A stretch of 64,000 nucleotides of DNA, taken from positions 128,001 through 192,000 of the forward strand of contig CAWCTR010000014.1 in assembly GCA_963798485.1 (NCBI GenBank), written 5' to 3'. Positions 10,221-20,895 of the stretch are shown piece after piece. Origin of the DNA: an uncultured delta proteobacterium (GTDB lineage Bacteria > Desulfobacterota > Desulfomonilia > UBA1062). How positions within the stretch are numbered: position 1 is the first letter of the stretch; each line of letters opens with the position of its first letter. Made by a program: the position numbers and the translations under genes. A model generated the notes under the pieces. The model was not told the origin of the DNA and did no database searches. It was given only the letters and a program-made list of their open reading frames with translations.

Positions 10221-10447
10221 ATTATAAGCATCATCTCTGAGATATGGAACGCAGCCAGAAAAGAAGCAGGCTTCGGCTATCTGAAGCTCTACAACTGCAC
10301 AAGGCATATATTCGCTACTCTAATGAGACAAGGCGGTATGAACAAAGCTGACATCAAGATTTCATGCGCCATTCTGATATAAAAATGACTGACAGATATG
10401 ACCATTCATCGGTTATAAGATTAGCCTCACAAGTTGATATTAGGTAA
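10221..10447 (+). pseudogene. C-terminal relic of a tyrosine integrase closely related to 38249..39415
   Basis: Translates to EIWNAARKEAGFGYLKLYNCTRHIFATLMR and, after a frameshift, MRHSDIKMTDRYDHSSVIRLASQVD; nearly colinear with the intact copy; N-terminus absent. Confidence 0.92.
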
Positions 10448-10453
10448 CAAAAT

Positions 10454-10476
10454 TGGTGGGCCGCGTAGGATTTGAA
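10454..10476 (-). repeat. att site: displaced 3' end of tRNA-Val including CCA
   Basis: TGGGCCGCGTAGGATTTGAA (10457-10476) identical to 57953-57972, preceded by TGG (CCA on the minus strand). Confidence 0.93.
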
Positions 10477-10729
10477 GTTTTGATTCACCTCATCCAGCCT
10501 TATTCTGGGGGCTATATGGGACAATGTCGGGATAATTTTTTTAATAATTTTAAAATAATTGTGAGCAAAAAACAGATGAATGTGATCAGAGTTATGAAAA
10601 ATTGAAGCAAATAAAATAGGAACATAAAAATTGATTGAAAATATTGAGAATGAAAATGGTTGATAATGAGAAATAACACGCATTGTATAATTTATAGGAA
10701 AAAAATGAAGGAGAGCATCTATTAATATT

Positions 10730-12075
10730 CAGTAATGTCCGGTTAGGATTTTGCATAAACCCTTAATATATTGGTTCATCGTATTCGTTTTGTTTTGGTG
10801 AAAAAAATGCATCCGTGTGCAGATATCTCTTGACATATCGGGCACATAGGGAGGCGATTTTTCTGTAACTATCTATTATTACGGAGGAATTGCTCATGCC
10901 CTACACGTGGATGCCAGGAAAACCCAAGGAAAAACACAAAACCCACGACACCCTTATGACACCTGTCAACGACATATTGCCCGAAATCACCCCCCTGCTC
11001 TCGGGATGCAACCGACCCTTGAAAATGTCTTTTGAAGATCAGCTGAACATCTTGGTGTATTTCCATCTGGAAGAACACCATTCAGGACGTCACCTCCTAC
11101 AGGTTCTGAAGGAAGAACATTTTGCCCGGCAGCACATCGCACCCGTGGGCGGTATTGAAAAGAGCAGCTTCTTCGAGGACATCAGCTCACGTGGGTTGGA
11201 GCAGATGATAGAAATGTTCGGGAAGCTCTATGCAAAGGCTGCTAAACATTTACCCAAGGGACATGCTGAGTTAGGAGCTCTGGTCCTTATCGATGGTTCC
11301 CTGATTGATGCTGTGTTGTCCATGTACTGGGCCGACTACCGCAATGGCTCGAAAAAGGCCAAGGTTCATATCGGTTTCGATCTCAATTGCGGCATTCCCA
11401 AAAAAATATTCCTCACCGACGGCAAAGAGGCGGAACGGCCTTTTGTCGAGAGGATTCTGGCTCCGGGGGAAACAGGCGTCATGGATCGAGGCTACCAGAG
11501 CCATAAGCTCTTTGACACCTGGCAAGCTGACGGCAAGCATTTTATCTGCCGGATCAAAGCCTCCACGGATAAAATTGTCGTAAGAACGAATGACGTTCAA
11601 CTCGACAGTATAATCTTTTACGACGCCGTAGTTCTTCTTGGGACACCCGGTATCAATCGGACAGAAAGGGAACTCCGGCTGGTCGGCTATCGGGTAGCGA
11701 ACGTCAATTACTGGATAGCCACCGATCGCCACGATCTCACAGCCGAACAGATTGCCTCCGCTTATAAGCTCAGGTGGAACATCGAGATCTTCTTCGGCTG
11801 GTGGAAACGACATCTGAAGGTTTACCACCTTATTTCAAGGAGCAAATACGGATTGATGGTCCAGATGCTGGCCGGACTGATCACCTATATCCTCCTAGCC
11901 ATCTACTGCCATGACCACCATCGGGAAAAGGTTTCCGTCAAACGTCTTCGGGAAATATCCATCAATATCCACAACGAAATGAGTATCGAGGATATTGTAA
12001 ATCAAACCGGAGCCTGGTACTATCAACCGCCAAACAAGGATCAATCACATGCAAATCCTTAACCGGACATCAATG
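10730..12075 (+). mobile_element. IS4-family insertion sequence
   Basis: IRs CAGTAATGTCCGGTTAGGATTTTGCAT / rc CATTGATGTCCGGTTAAGGATTTGCAT; 9-bp TSD ATTAATATT (10721-10729, 12076-12084). Confidence 0.92.
10890..12062 (+). CDS. IS4-family DDE transposase
   Basis: IDGS, MDRGY, Y-KLRWNIE-FF-WWK (YREK) motifs. Confidence 0.93.
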   Translation: MLMPYTWMPGKPKEKHKTHDTLMTPVNDILPEITPLLSGCNRPLKMSFEDQLNILVYFHLEEHHSGRHLLQVLKEEHFARQHIAPVGGIEKSSFFEDISSRGLEQMIEMFGKLYAKAAKHLPKGHAELGALVLIDGSLIDAVLSMYWADYRNGSKKAKVHIGFDLNCGIPKKIFLTDGKEAERPFVERILAPGETGVMDRGYQSHKLFDTWQADGKHFICRIKASTDKIVVRTNDVQLDSIIFYDAVVLLGTPGINRTERELRLVGYRVANVNYWIATDRHDLTAEQIASAYKLRWNIEIFFGWWKRHLKVYHLISRSKYGLMVQMLAGLITYILLAIYCHDHHREKVSVKRLREISINIHNEMSIEDIVNQTGAWYYQPPNKDQSHANP

Positions 12076-12097
12076 ATTAATATTAACTTAAGAAATA

Positions 12098-12333
12098 TGA
12101 CGCTTAAATAATTGTTGGAGATAATAATTGCAAATAAAACCTACTGATAATGGGAAAATAAAGAGATAAATATGATGAGAAAAACACTATAAAAATTTAT
12201 GATGAAACAGAATTGATGAAAGAAATACTCATAATTATTTTAATTTGAAAAATATAACAAAAAATAACTATTTGAGATAATCGAGATAGATAAACCTGAC
12301 GCTTAAATCTGACATTAAATCTGACGCCTAAAA
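12098..12333 (+). repeat. Iteron-like direct repeats upstream of the HUH gene
   Basis: TGACGCTTAAAT (12098) and tandem CTGACGCTTAAAT / CTGACATTAAAT / CTGACGCCTAAAA (12296-12333). Confidence 0.6.
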
Positions 12334-12619
12334 CTTACACTTATTAAAATTTAAATGAATGAAAACAAGATGAGAGCGAGCAAACTTTTATTTAAAAACG
12401 AGCAATGCCCCAGCAGTGCGCAGGCTTCCGGTGTTGAGTTTAAAATAAAAGTAAAAAAATATTGCGCACTATATTTGAGAAAAAAGGCAATTGATAGCCT
12501 TGATGGAATCGGTTTCTGAAAATTATAAATAATATAAAGTGAAATTAAATGATTAAAATTAATTATGTATTTGTAGAAACAAAAGTAAAAGAAATAGTTA
12601 CTAAGGAGGAATTATTTAA

Positions 12620-13120
12620 ATGAGTAATTTATCATTTTCACGAATTGACGAAATTGAGCCTGTACAATTTCATTTAAAAGATGAAATTGAATCCTGGTGG
12701 AAGGAATACCAATTTGATGCCTTTATTTCGTTAAGCATCGATAATCAGTGGTTAAATGTCCCTTCAATAAATAGAAAATTAATTAGGTGGGTAAGAAAAA
12801 TTCAAGAAATAGAAAAAATTCAGATTGCTTATATGGGTGTAATTTCAAAACATAGGGGACATTCTAGAAAACATATTCATCTCCTCATGGTTGCAAAAAA
12901 TCGATACGGTAAATTACTGAAAAACTGTGACCTAGATAATTTCAAGAAATCTTGGGACTCATGTGCCAATATTCAATTTATTTATAATTATGAGGGCATT
13001 GTCAGATATCTTTGTTATAAAAATATGGGCTGTACTTACGAATTGATAACTCCATATAACATGAAATTGCTTAAAGCTATTTCTGTTAATCATAAGCAAA
13101 AAGATCAATTATTTCATTAA
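12620..13120 (+). CDS. Small HUH endonuclease, rolling-circle Rep-like
   Basis: Motif 1-like FISLS, HUH motif KHIHLLM, motif 3-like RYLCYK in RCR order; SD AGGAGG. Confidence 0.65.
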   Translation: MSNLSFSRIDEIEPVQFHLKDEIESWWKEYQFDAFISLSIDNQWLNVPSINRKLIRWVRKIQEIEKIQIAYMGVISKHRGHSRKHIHLLMVAKNRYGKLLKNCDLDNFKKSWDSCANIQFIYNYEGIVRYLCYKNMGCTYELITPYNMKLLKAISVNHKQKDQLFH

Positions 13121-13615
13121 TTCTGAAATTATTGGTAATAACATCAAAAGGACAGTTTTTAGTTAAAAAATTATGAATTATGATTTTGTATTATTGAAAA
13201 AGAATTGCTATCATCTGATGTTTTCGACATTGTTTGAATGGTATATTTTGTTTAATTATCTAATTCGGGGTAATTTAGAAATTCAATTTAATTCTATGAA
13301 TTCAAAAAATCGTGAATTGCCACTTTTGAGAGTGCATCAGAAATTGTTAAAACAAAGGCCATTAGACTATTTACAGTCATTTTGTGATCATTTTTTGAGA
13401 TTTTTTTGAAACTTCTTAAAGCAGGGCATTTTCCCTGGTCAATTTTCAGTGTTTTTTGCATGAAAAATTGCCCTGAAAAACAATTTGTTGGTGAATTAAT
13501 TCTGAGAAATTCATTTTTGGAAGCATGTTGTGATATATGGTTGGTTCGGTCAAAGATTAACACCTTGATTTTATTTTTGGAATCTCTATTCTTGATTTTG
13601 TTTAGGATTAAATAA

Positions 13616-13646
13616 AAAAGCAGGGCCTGAGATTGACCCTGCTTTT
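13616..13646. terminator. Intrinsic terminator
   Basis: AAAAGCAGGG ... CCCTGCTTTT hairpin with A/T tails downstream of 13689..15404. Confidence 0.6.
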
Positions 13647-13688
13647 ACAATTTTTTAAATGTAATATTTCCAGTGGATTATATCAAGA

Positions 13689-15404
13689 TCACATTCTAAT
13701 CAGTTCATACAGATAATAATGCTCGTCATGCTGGATAATGTCCCCTTCGAAGCTTATGATCTTCTTCAAGAGATTGTTGCTTGTTAATTTTAGCATGGTT
13801 ACCGGCACTCCATTTGAATCACCCAATTTAAAATTGAGTATTATAAGAATCTTTTTGTTGTAATAATTCTGGAGATAGATGCTCTTTCTGAACAATTCAT
13901 TTAGATCTAGATTAGGGTTTCTATTAACACCCCACTCCATTGTTTTACTGAATTTATTTGTCTGAGGCAGAAAGATCTCTCTGTCTAAAATCACTGCTAT
14001 GGGTACAACTGTAAAATCAGGGCCACCTACTATTACATAATCATTATAATTATTATTTTTGATATAATTAGCTGCATCCCAGGATTTCGTGAATTGATAC
14101 ATAATACCTCTTGGATAAGTTAAAACCCCAGCAATAAACTGAAAGAAAAAAATTATTGTGACAAAGTACAAGGATACAGTATTATCAAATTTTTGATTAA
14201 GAAAATTGGTTGGATTTAATTTATTAAAAATAGGTATTTTAATTTTATCGTCAGAGTACTTGTAAAGCCAACAACAGTAGACAAAGATGATAAATAATAG
14301 ACCCTGATGCCTAATGAAGTAAGCCCCAAAGAAAAAGTTTAAGAAAACATAGTAGATACCGGTATTAAATAGAAATGTAATTAATATTGGTATCTTTTTT
14401 GAAAATATGAATAAACAAATTAAAATAATCAAGATGGCTGTAATAATTGTAAATACATTACCAGATGTTAAAAGGGTATATGCATTATAATATTCAGGAT
14501 AAAACCCAGGAGAAGGAAAAACATTAGTATTCCAGAAGGCTGCACCGTTTGAGAAATCAGGTATAGGAATGTAAGAATTCCAGATTGTCCTTATACTCAT
14601 GAAAAGAGGGGGATGGCCGAGTGACCCAAATTGTTGGGTATTTTGATTACTATATACATATGCATACTGAGAAAAAAGTAAGATGGAACCGACTCCCCAA
14701 ATAACAGCAGAAGCAATTATTTGATTTTTCTCTCTTGGTGTAAATTTATCTGATACGAGACCATTCAGCACATGAATTATAGTATAGAGCGCAAGACTAC
14801 ATGCAAATGTTGCAGAACTGATATTGTGATTTGCTAAAATAATGAGAAGAATGCTGATAACTAAATAATTCTTTCTTTCTCTTGTTAATAAGTAGATTAT
14901 AAGAAATAGCAATAAGATAAAAAAGCCATACCACCTACTAATAATTCCATACTCAAACAACATGAAATAACTAAATGTAAAATGAAATTTTTGAATATTA
15001 TTAAAATTTGAGTATTTGTTGAATATATATATGGCTAATGTGATAATAATTAAATGAAACGACTGAAAAACAGTAAAAGATGGTATAACATTTAATATAA
15101 TATGCAATAAGCCATAATACAGGATCGAATTAAACTCTAGATATCCTTGCGGCCCGTTATATTTGAAAAATCCATTATGTAAAATATTTGTATATACTTC
15201 AAGTTCATCTCTCCATAACAGATGATAATACATTCCAATTATTATCAGTAAAATATACATGAGGGTAATAATTATGGAGAAATAAGTGTTAAAATAACGG
15301 TTAGTAAACTTTAATAAATTCGATTCTGTTATTTTAACCTTTTTAGTATTATTACGAGATGTAGACTTATAATTTGGAATGTTATGTTTAATTTTTGAAT
15401 CCAT
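13689..15404 (-). CDS. Polytopic membrane protein, GT-C glycosyltransferase-like
   Basis: LWRDE in first external loop, EYGIISRWY motif, about 12 TM helices, periplasmic C-terminus; very AT-rich. Confidence 0.6.
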   Translation of the reverse strand: MDSKIKHNIPNYKSTSRNNTKKVKITESNLLKFTNRYFNTYFSIIITLMYILLIIIGMYYHLLWRDELEVYTNILHNGFFKYNGPQGYLEFNSILYYGLLHIILNVIPSFTVFQSFHLIIITLAIYIFNKYSNFNNIQKFHFTFSYFMLFEYGIISRWYGFFILLLFLIIYLLTRERKNYLVISILLIILANHNISSATFACSLALYTIIHVLNGLVSDKFTPREKNQIIASAVIWGVGSILLFSQYAYVYSNQNTQQFGSLGHPPLFMSIRTIWNSYIPIPDFSNGAAFWNTNVFPSPGFYPEYYNAYTLLTSGNVFTIITAILIILICLFIFSKKIPILITFLFNTGIYYVFLNFFFGAYFIRHQGLLFIIFVYCCWLYKYSDDKIKIPIFNKLNPTNFLNQKFDNTVSLYFVTIIFFFQFIAGVLTYPRGIMYQFTKSWDAANYIKNNNYNDYVIVGGPDFTVVPIAVILDREIFLPQTNKFSKTMEWGVNRNPNLDLNELFRKSIYLQNYYNKKILIILNFKLGDSNGVPVTMLKLTSNNLLKKIISFEGDIIQHDEHYYLYELIRM

Positions 15405-15413
15405 ATATTCTAA

Positions 15414-17352
15414 CCCATCTTCGACAGTTGGTTTAAGAAAGCTTTATGATATTAATAGAATAGGAGGTCATGGCTCGTCTTTGGCACCAGGAATTGCTGT
15501 TATGTGGCAGCCTTTTTTCTTCGCTATTGCACCTGCCTGATCGTGGGCGGCATAGCAACGCCTGCAGCCTGGAATACTTTTCCGCAAGAGCCGGATGTTC
15601 CAGTGCGAATCAGAAATCGCTTACCGTCCTCCTCCAACTCCACCTCGTCCATGTTATCCAGATCCCGAACGATGTCCTTCCACTCCAGAGAATTCGATTT
15701 ATCCGCAAGCCTGCCTATGAGCTCCTTCATAAGGATGAGGGCAAGAAACGAACAGAAGACATGGCCCCGAATCGTCTCATCACGCTTGTGATAGATGGGA
15801 CGGGTAGCAAGAACCGACTTGATGGTGCGGAACAATGACTCCACCATCCAGAGCTGCTTGTACTTCAGCGCCACCTCGGCGGCAGGAAGGTTTGTGTTGG
15901 TACGCAAAACCCACTTCCCATCGTACCTCGCATCCTCCGCCACCTTCTTATCATCGATGGTGAACGACTCTCCTCTGGTCTTCAGATACCGCCGGTAGCC
16001 CTTATTGCCCACCAAGGATTTGTCTCCGGCCTTGAGTTTATCTTGAAGGGATTTCAGAATAGCCTCACGGTCCAATGCATCCTTGGCCGCCTGGTCATCG
16101 TTGTGGCACACGATGTATCGCTTCCCCTCCACAACGACCTCCTTGACCTTCAGGGGGGACGGGTCCTTTGCATGAGACCGCTGCGGGTGAACTGTCTGAT
16201 AGCGTCCTGCCCGCCCCAGCACCTCGATGTCGATCTCCTTGACCCTGCGCATCCTGGCTCCCAGGATGTAAGGGGTTGGGTCTTCCGGGTTCTCCATCCA
16301 AGTAAGCGTTTCCTTCGAGATCATGCCCCGGTCCGCCACCACGCAGGCACGCTCCACACCGAACCGCTTCTTCATCCGCTTTACCACGGGCACCAGTGTG
16401 CTCACGTCCGTGGTGTTCCCCGGCCACATCTCGCAGCATACCGGATTGCCTTCCCCATCCAGAAGCGCTCCTACCACCATTTGCTTCAGGTCAGGACGAT
16501 GATCCTTGCTGTGCCCATACTCTCCGAGGCTCTCTCCTCCTTCTCCCTCAAAATAGATGGAGGTCGTGTCGAAAAACATCATGTCCATGCTCGTGAACAG
16601 ATCCCGGCGTCTGAAGAACAGCTCCTCCTCGATTACATCCTTCACACACCGTGGGGAGAAAGGGACAAGACCATCCTGCTCATCCTCTTCAAGAGGATCT
16701 CCCAGCCATCCCATCGCCCGGTAGAAATGTTGGAGGTCCAATTCATCCGCCCCCTTTATCCGGTATGCCTCTTTCCACTTCTCGCATGCCCGGTCGGAAC
16801 CGGGATTCAGCAACCTATGCAGCACGGTCACGAACACGGCACGCTCCAGGTCGAATCCGAACTTCCTGATCTGAGCATAGCGTTTTATGATCTCTGCACA
16901 TCCGCTCTCGTTCCAGAGTCTCTCGAAAACCATGGGGCCGCCTATCTTCTTCTTCGATACCTCTGCAATTCGTCCTTCCCGGTGGGCGGACAGCACCATG
17001 AGAGATCGAGAATATCGTGCTCCAGATGCCAGCAGTGCGTCCAGGTGACCCGTTTCCCGGAGTTGATCAAGACGGCCGAGAGTCCCTAGGACTCTCTGGC
17101 GGCTTCTGCCTTCTTCCCACTGGTTCTCCACCACCTGCAGGTAGGAGTACCCCTTCGTCTTCTTTTCCCGGAAAAACATGACCGCCTCCTTGTATTTCCA
17201 CTATGGATTATCACCGAATAGCATATCTATGTCAAGCAATATAAATCATTTAGTTGGCACCATGTTTTTCCCGCTGAAAATCACAACCTAGGATTTATGA
17301 GCCTCTACAGGCGCCAAAACCCCATTTTTACCGATTTACTGTAGAAGATGGG
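15414..17352 (-). mobile_element. IS1634-family insertion sequence
   Basis: IRs CCCATCTTCGACAG / rc CCCATCTTCTACAG; 5-bp TSD TCTAA (15409-15413, 17353-17357). Confidence 0.92.
15524..17179 (-). CDS. IS1634-family transposase
   Basis: FDTTSIYFEG, GHSKDHRPDLKQ, VADRGM, YKQLWMVESLFR, RPIYH. Confidence 0.93.
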   Translation of the reverse strand: MFFREKKTKGYSYLQVVENQWEEGRSRQRVLGTLGRLDQLRETGHLDALLASGARYSRSLMVLSAHREGRIAEVSKKKIGGPMVFERLWNESGCAEIIKRYAQIRKFGFDLERAVFVTVLHRLLNPGSDRACEKWKEAYRIKGADELDLQHFYRAMGWLGDPLEEDEQDGLVPFSPRCVKDVIEEELFFRRRDLFTSMDMMFFDTTSIYFEGEGGESLGEYGHSKDHRPDLKQMVVGALLDGEGNPVCCEMWPGNTTDVSTLVPVVKRMKKRFGVERACVVADRGMISKETLTWMENPEDPTPYILGARMRRVKEIDIEVLGRAGRYQTVHPQRSHAKDPSPLKVKEVVVEGKRYIVCHNDDQAAKDALDREAILKSLQDKLKAGDKSLVGNKGYRRYLKTRGESFTIDDKKVAEDARYDGKWVLRTNTNLPAAEVALKYKQLWMVESLFRTIKSVLATRPIYHKRDETIRGHVFCSFLALILMKELIGRLADKSNSLEWKDIVRDLDNMDEVELEEDGKRFLIRTGTSGSCGKVFQAAGVAMPPTIRQVQ

Positions 17353-17390
17353 TCTAACCCTGATCATGGTTACTAATTATCTTTACGTAA

Positions 17391-18399
17391 TTATTGAATC
17401 ATCTTATTTTTTAGAGCAAGATTTAGGCTGGAAATGGAAGATATGACATTTTTCCCGATTGCAATGAACGGTTTTTCGATGAAACGATACGAAAGGTACC
17501 CGACTGAATATGAACAGATTAGCACGAACGAAATCATTATCGTGAGCCATTCTAAATGCTTCATGCTTTGAAGGTAAGGGCTATGAAAAAGCATCATACC
17601 AAACGTAGCTATGAAGAAAGGGTGAACAAGATAGACGCTGTACGATACATCGGAGCAGAAAGATATAATTTTGAGCTTAGGGAAGACTCTCAGGAGTTTC
17701 ATAATTGGGTGTTCTATAAACTTGTAGAGAATCATTCCGGCTACAAACCACTGAATTCTGAAGCAGAGCAAAGAAGGTTCAGTAAAGTTGAGATGATTGA
17801 TAAAGATAATAACGGATACAATAAATCCAACAATACAAGCCCACATGGCGCTTTTGATATATCCGAATCTCTTAAATGCAAGGAACAGCAAGGGGAACAG
17901 AAGATAGAACTGCATCTCAAGGCTCAGGCTCCAATCAGGCAGACCAGAAGTATTGCCCCAATCGGGAAGTAGTCCAAACAGGAAGGTAATGTGAAGAAGT
18001 GCGCCCTTGATATTGTACGGATTCATCAAATGATTATTCATCTCAATCCATTGAGTCGTCCAAGGATTAAGATAGCCAAGGATTCTGTACCCTTCGGTAA
18101 GGTAGCTGTTTCCAAGGACAAAGGCTATTGCCAAGAAAAGATAGTATGCAGGGGCTATCCTGAAAAATCTTCTGGTATAGAACTTCAACCAACTTCGGGC
18201 CTCAGACATGGATTCCCTATCGTATCGGGCTGTTACATTCGCTGCCATGAGAAAGCCGCTGATGATCATGAAAAGATCAACGGCTCCCTTGGGGGTCAGG
18301 AATGTATCCTAAGTATCCTCCCCATATAAGACAGTGTGCAAAGATTACCCAAAACGCTGCCAAAGCCCTTAGAAAACTGATAAAAGGATAGTCTTTCAT
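17391..18399 (-). pseudogene. Acyltransferase_3 (OafA-like) O-acyltransferase, frameshifted
   Basis: N-terminus MKDYPFISFLRALAAFWVIFAH (ATG 18399) is out of frame with AVDLFMIISGF ... RRFFRIAPAY ... WSLSLEMQFY; one extra base in the G5 run at 18291-18295. Confidence 0.8.
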
Positions 18400-18849
18400 A
18401 AATTACCAATAGATTATTTCTATAATCCTATCTATAGATTATTTAAATTTAAATTAAAAATATCTTTTAAAAAGTGAAGATTTCGTGTCAGGCCATACGC
18501 TCTGCCCGTACTGAATATTTCTTTTGATAATTTCATAGGCCTTACGAATAAGAGAAGAGCAACGTTGACAAGAATTACAAATTTCTAAAATATTTGGTAA
18601 ATCAGTCTATGAAATAAGCCCGTCAAAGGCTATGTTTAAATCAACAATATTTAATTCCGAAGGAATATAAGAACCATTATTACATAACTTACGATTAATT
18701 CTATCAGTTAGAATATCAATGCTGAAATTCTAGGCAATTTTAAGATTACTAGAATAATTCTGTTGCTTATATATCGATAAAAAAACGATCTTTGATTGAA
18801 AATATCAAATGAACGCATGTAAAATCCCTATTCACAACTTTTAGGGAAG

Positions 18850-19016
18850 TCTTGATGAGATGAAGAACTACTTTGCATGTTCCATCAAACGACCGATACA
18901 TGAGACCCCTTCAGTAGTAGTTCCTAACAACGTAAATCCATCATTCATAAGTCTCATAAAACCATCTCATTAATCATTGTCTCATATTGCCGATAAGTGT
19001 ATAATAAATGAGACAC
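18850..19016. promoter_or_regulatory. Candidate res site for the adjacent resolvase
   Basis: Repeated ATGAGA/TCTCAT half-sites in both orientations just upstream of the resolvase. Confidence 0.5.
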
Positions 19017-19036
19017 CATAGTGGGAGGATGAGATC

Positions 19037-19618
19037 ATGAAGGGAAAGCTGGTTGGATATGCCAGGGTTTCAACAAATGGACAGGAACTGGCTTTACAAT
19101 TGGATGCTCTGAAGAAGGCAGGGTGTAAGAAGGATCTCATCTTCACTGACAAGGTCAGTGGAGCAAAATCAGAGAGACCTGGTTTGGGTGCCTGTTTAAA
19201 GCAGCTGAAGGAAGGAGATACTCTACTGGTTTGGAGGCTCGATAGACTGGGTAGATCCATGCATCACTTGGTAGAACTTATTGAACAGCTACATAAGAAA
19301 GGAGTCGGTTTCCGATCCATATGTGATGGTCATATAGATACTACAACAGCATCAGGGGAACTGATATTTAACATCTTCAGTTCCTTGGCTCAGTTTGAAC
19401 GTAAGCTTCTTCAGGAAAGAACACGAGCAGGTCTTTCAGCTGCACGAGCCAGGGGTCATGTGGGAGGAAGGAGACCCATCCAGAGTGACAGCCCCAAGGT
19501 AAAGATGGCAAAGAAGATGAACCAGGATAAGAGCATGAGCATTGCTGATATCTGCTCAACACTCCGGATATCCAGAGCTACTCTATACCGGTATGTATCT
19601 CTTCCTGAGACTGCATGA
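19037..19618 (+). CDS. Small serine recombinase (resolvase/invertase)
   Basis: GYARVST catalytic Ser, LDRLGRS, C-terminal HTH (ISRATLYRY). Confidence 0.95.
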   Translation: MKGKLVGYARVSTNGQELALQLDALKKAGCKKDLIFTDKVSGAKSERPGLGACLKQLKEGDTLLVWRLDRLGRSMHHLVELIEQLHKKGVGFRSICDGHIDTTTASGELIFNIFSSLAQFERKLLQERTRAGLSAARARGHVGGRRPIQSDSPKVKMAKKMNQDKSMSIADICSTLRISRATLYRYVSLPETA

Positions 19619-19648
19619 AGGCTAATATCTTTCCTAAAGAGTTGTGAA

Positions 19649-20215
19649 TTACCCATTGAGCTTCTTCAGTAAACAGGCAATCTTCTGTCCCAGAGATCTT
19701 GCCTGTAGTATACCTTCCTCATCCTTTTCTACCTCACCTTTATCTCTGGCAACACTCATTGCACGACCAGCTATTATAAGGTCATTGCTAAGGAAAAAGT
19801 GATTCATGGTCTCTATAGTATGCATTCCTCCACTACGTCGAAAACAGACTACAGAAGCACCAACTTTATTCTGGTACATCTTCCCATTTGCCAACCCGAC
19901 AAAGCCAGCCCTGTCTACTAAAGCTTTCATCTCTGCTGTCACATCTTGAAAATAGGAAGGAGATCCCAGTATTATTCCCTGAGCTGCTCTTATCTTTTCG
20001 ATATATTCATTTGCAGCATCATTTTTTACGGAACACTGCTGGTCTTTATTCTCGAAGCACTTATAACAGGCAATACATCCGTGGATAGGCTTTGCTGAGA
20101 GTTGAACGAGTTCCGTTTCAATACCTTTATCTCCAATCTCTTGTAGAAGGTAGTTTATCAAAGTAGTTGTGTTCCCGTCTTTTCTTGGGCTCCCGTTAAA
20201 TGCTATGACCTTCAT
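19649..20215 (-). CDS. Iron-sulfur flavoprotein / flavodoxin family protein
   Basis: NGSPRKDGNT, CIACYKC...C, GSPSY. Confidence 0.9.
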   Translation of the reverse strand: MKVIAFNGSPRKDGNTTTLINYLLQEIGDKGIETELVQLSAKPIHGCIACYKCFENKDQQCSVKNDAANEYIEKIRAAQGIILGSPSYFQDVTAEMKALVDRAGFVGLANGKMYQNKVGASVVCFRRSGGMHTIETMNHFFLSNDLIIAGRAMSVARDKGEVEKDEEGILQARSLGQKIACLLKKLNG

Positions 20216-20313
20216 ATATGTTCTCCTTTCCCATACAAGGTACTATCGAATAGTATGAACAGCCATGGTTATTTAATCAAGGCATAAATAGAAAAGGCTA
20301 CAGGAGGAATGCT

Positions 20314-20895
20314 ATGAGCAGACTGCTTGAAATGGTGGATGAGAAAGCTCATCAAAGATCAATAACGGTAACAACATATAGAGCAGGAGTTGGCAAGGCT
20401 GTGGTTGAAGGTAGATTGGTGGATCATAGGTTGATGGAAAATTATCTGCTCACCGGAGAGAAAATCCCTGCTGGGGATATTCACAACATGATTGTAAGGC
20501 TCCTGATCGATACAACAAGCCTCATGATAGAGGATGTCGAAGTTGAAATGATTAAAGTGCCACGACAAGAGTGCACTGAACTTCATGACAGCCTTTCCGT
20601 AATCAAGGGGCTCCGGATATCCAAGGGATTCACTCAAAGGATAAAATCTCTCTTGGGTGGAACCAAGAGTTGCTCACACTTGAGAGAATTAGCAGAGGCA
20701 ATAGGTCCGGCTGTTATACAAGGTGTTTTCTCCATAAGAGCATCGAATGCTGCAGGATTTCGTGCTCTCATGGATGATCCACACATGAAAAAAGCCTTTT
20801 CAGATTCTCTTGCCAATTCTTGCTATGTATGGAGGGAGGATGGACCTGAGTTTAAGAAGGTCTTTGGTAATAATAACCGGCAGGGAGAAGCATGA
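20314..20895 (+). CDS. DUF2889 family protein
   Basis: HQRSI, IHNM, P-x3-C, GxxSCSHLREL, C-terminal NSCYVW. Confidence 0.75.
   Translation: MSRLLEMVDEKAHQRSITVTTYRAGVGKAVVEGRLVDHRLMENYLLTGEKIPAGDIHNMIVRLLIDTTSLMIEDVEVEMIKVPRQECTELHDSLSVIKGLRISKGFTQRIKSLLGGTKSCSHLRELAEAIGPAVIQGVFSIRASNAAGFRALMDDPHMKKAFSDSLANSCYVWREDGPEFKKVFGNNNRQGEA

Noticed and set aside
13173-13615. Short overlapping ORFs in AT-rich DNA downstream of the HUH gene
   Set aside because: Mutually overlapping, no SD or motifs; probably non-coding.
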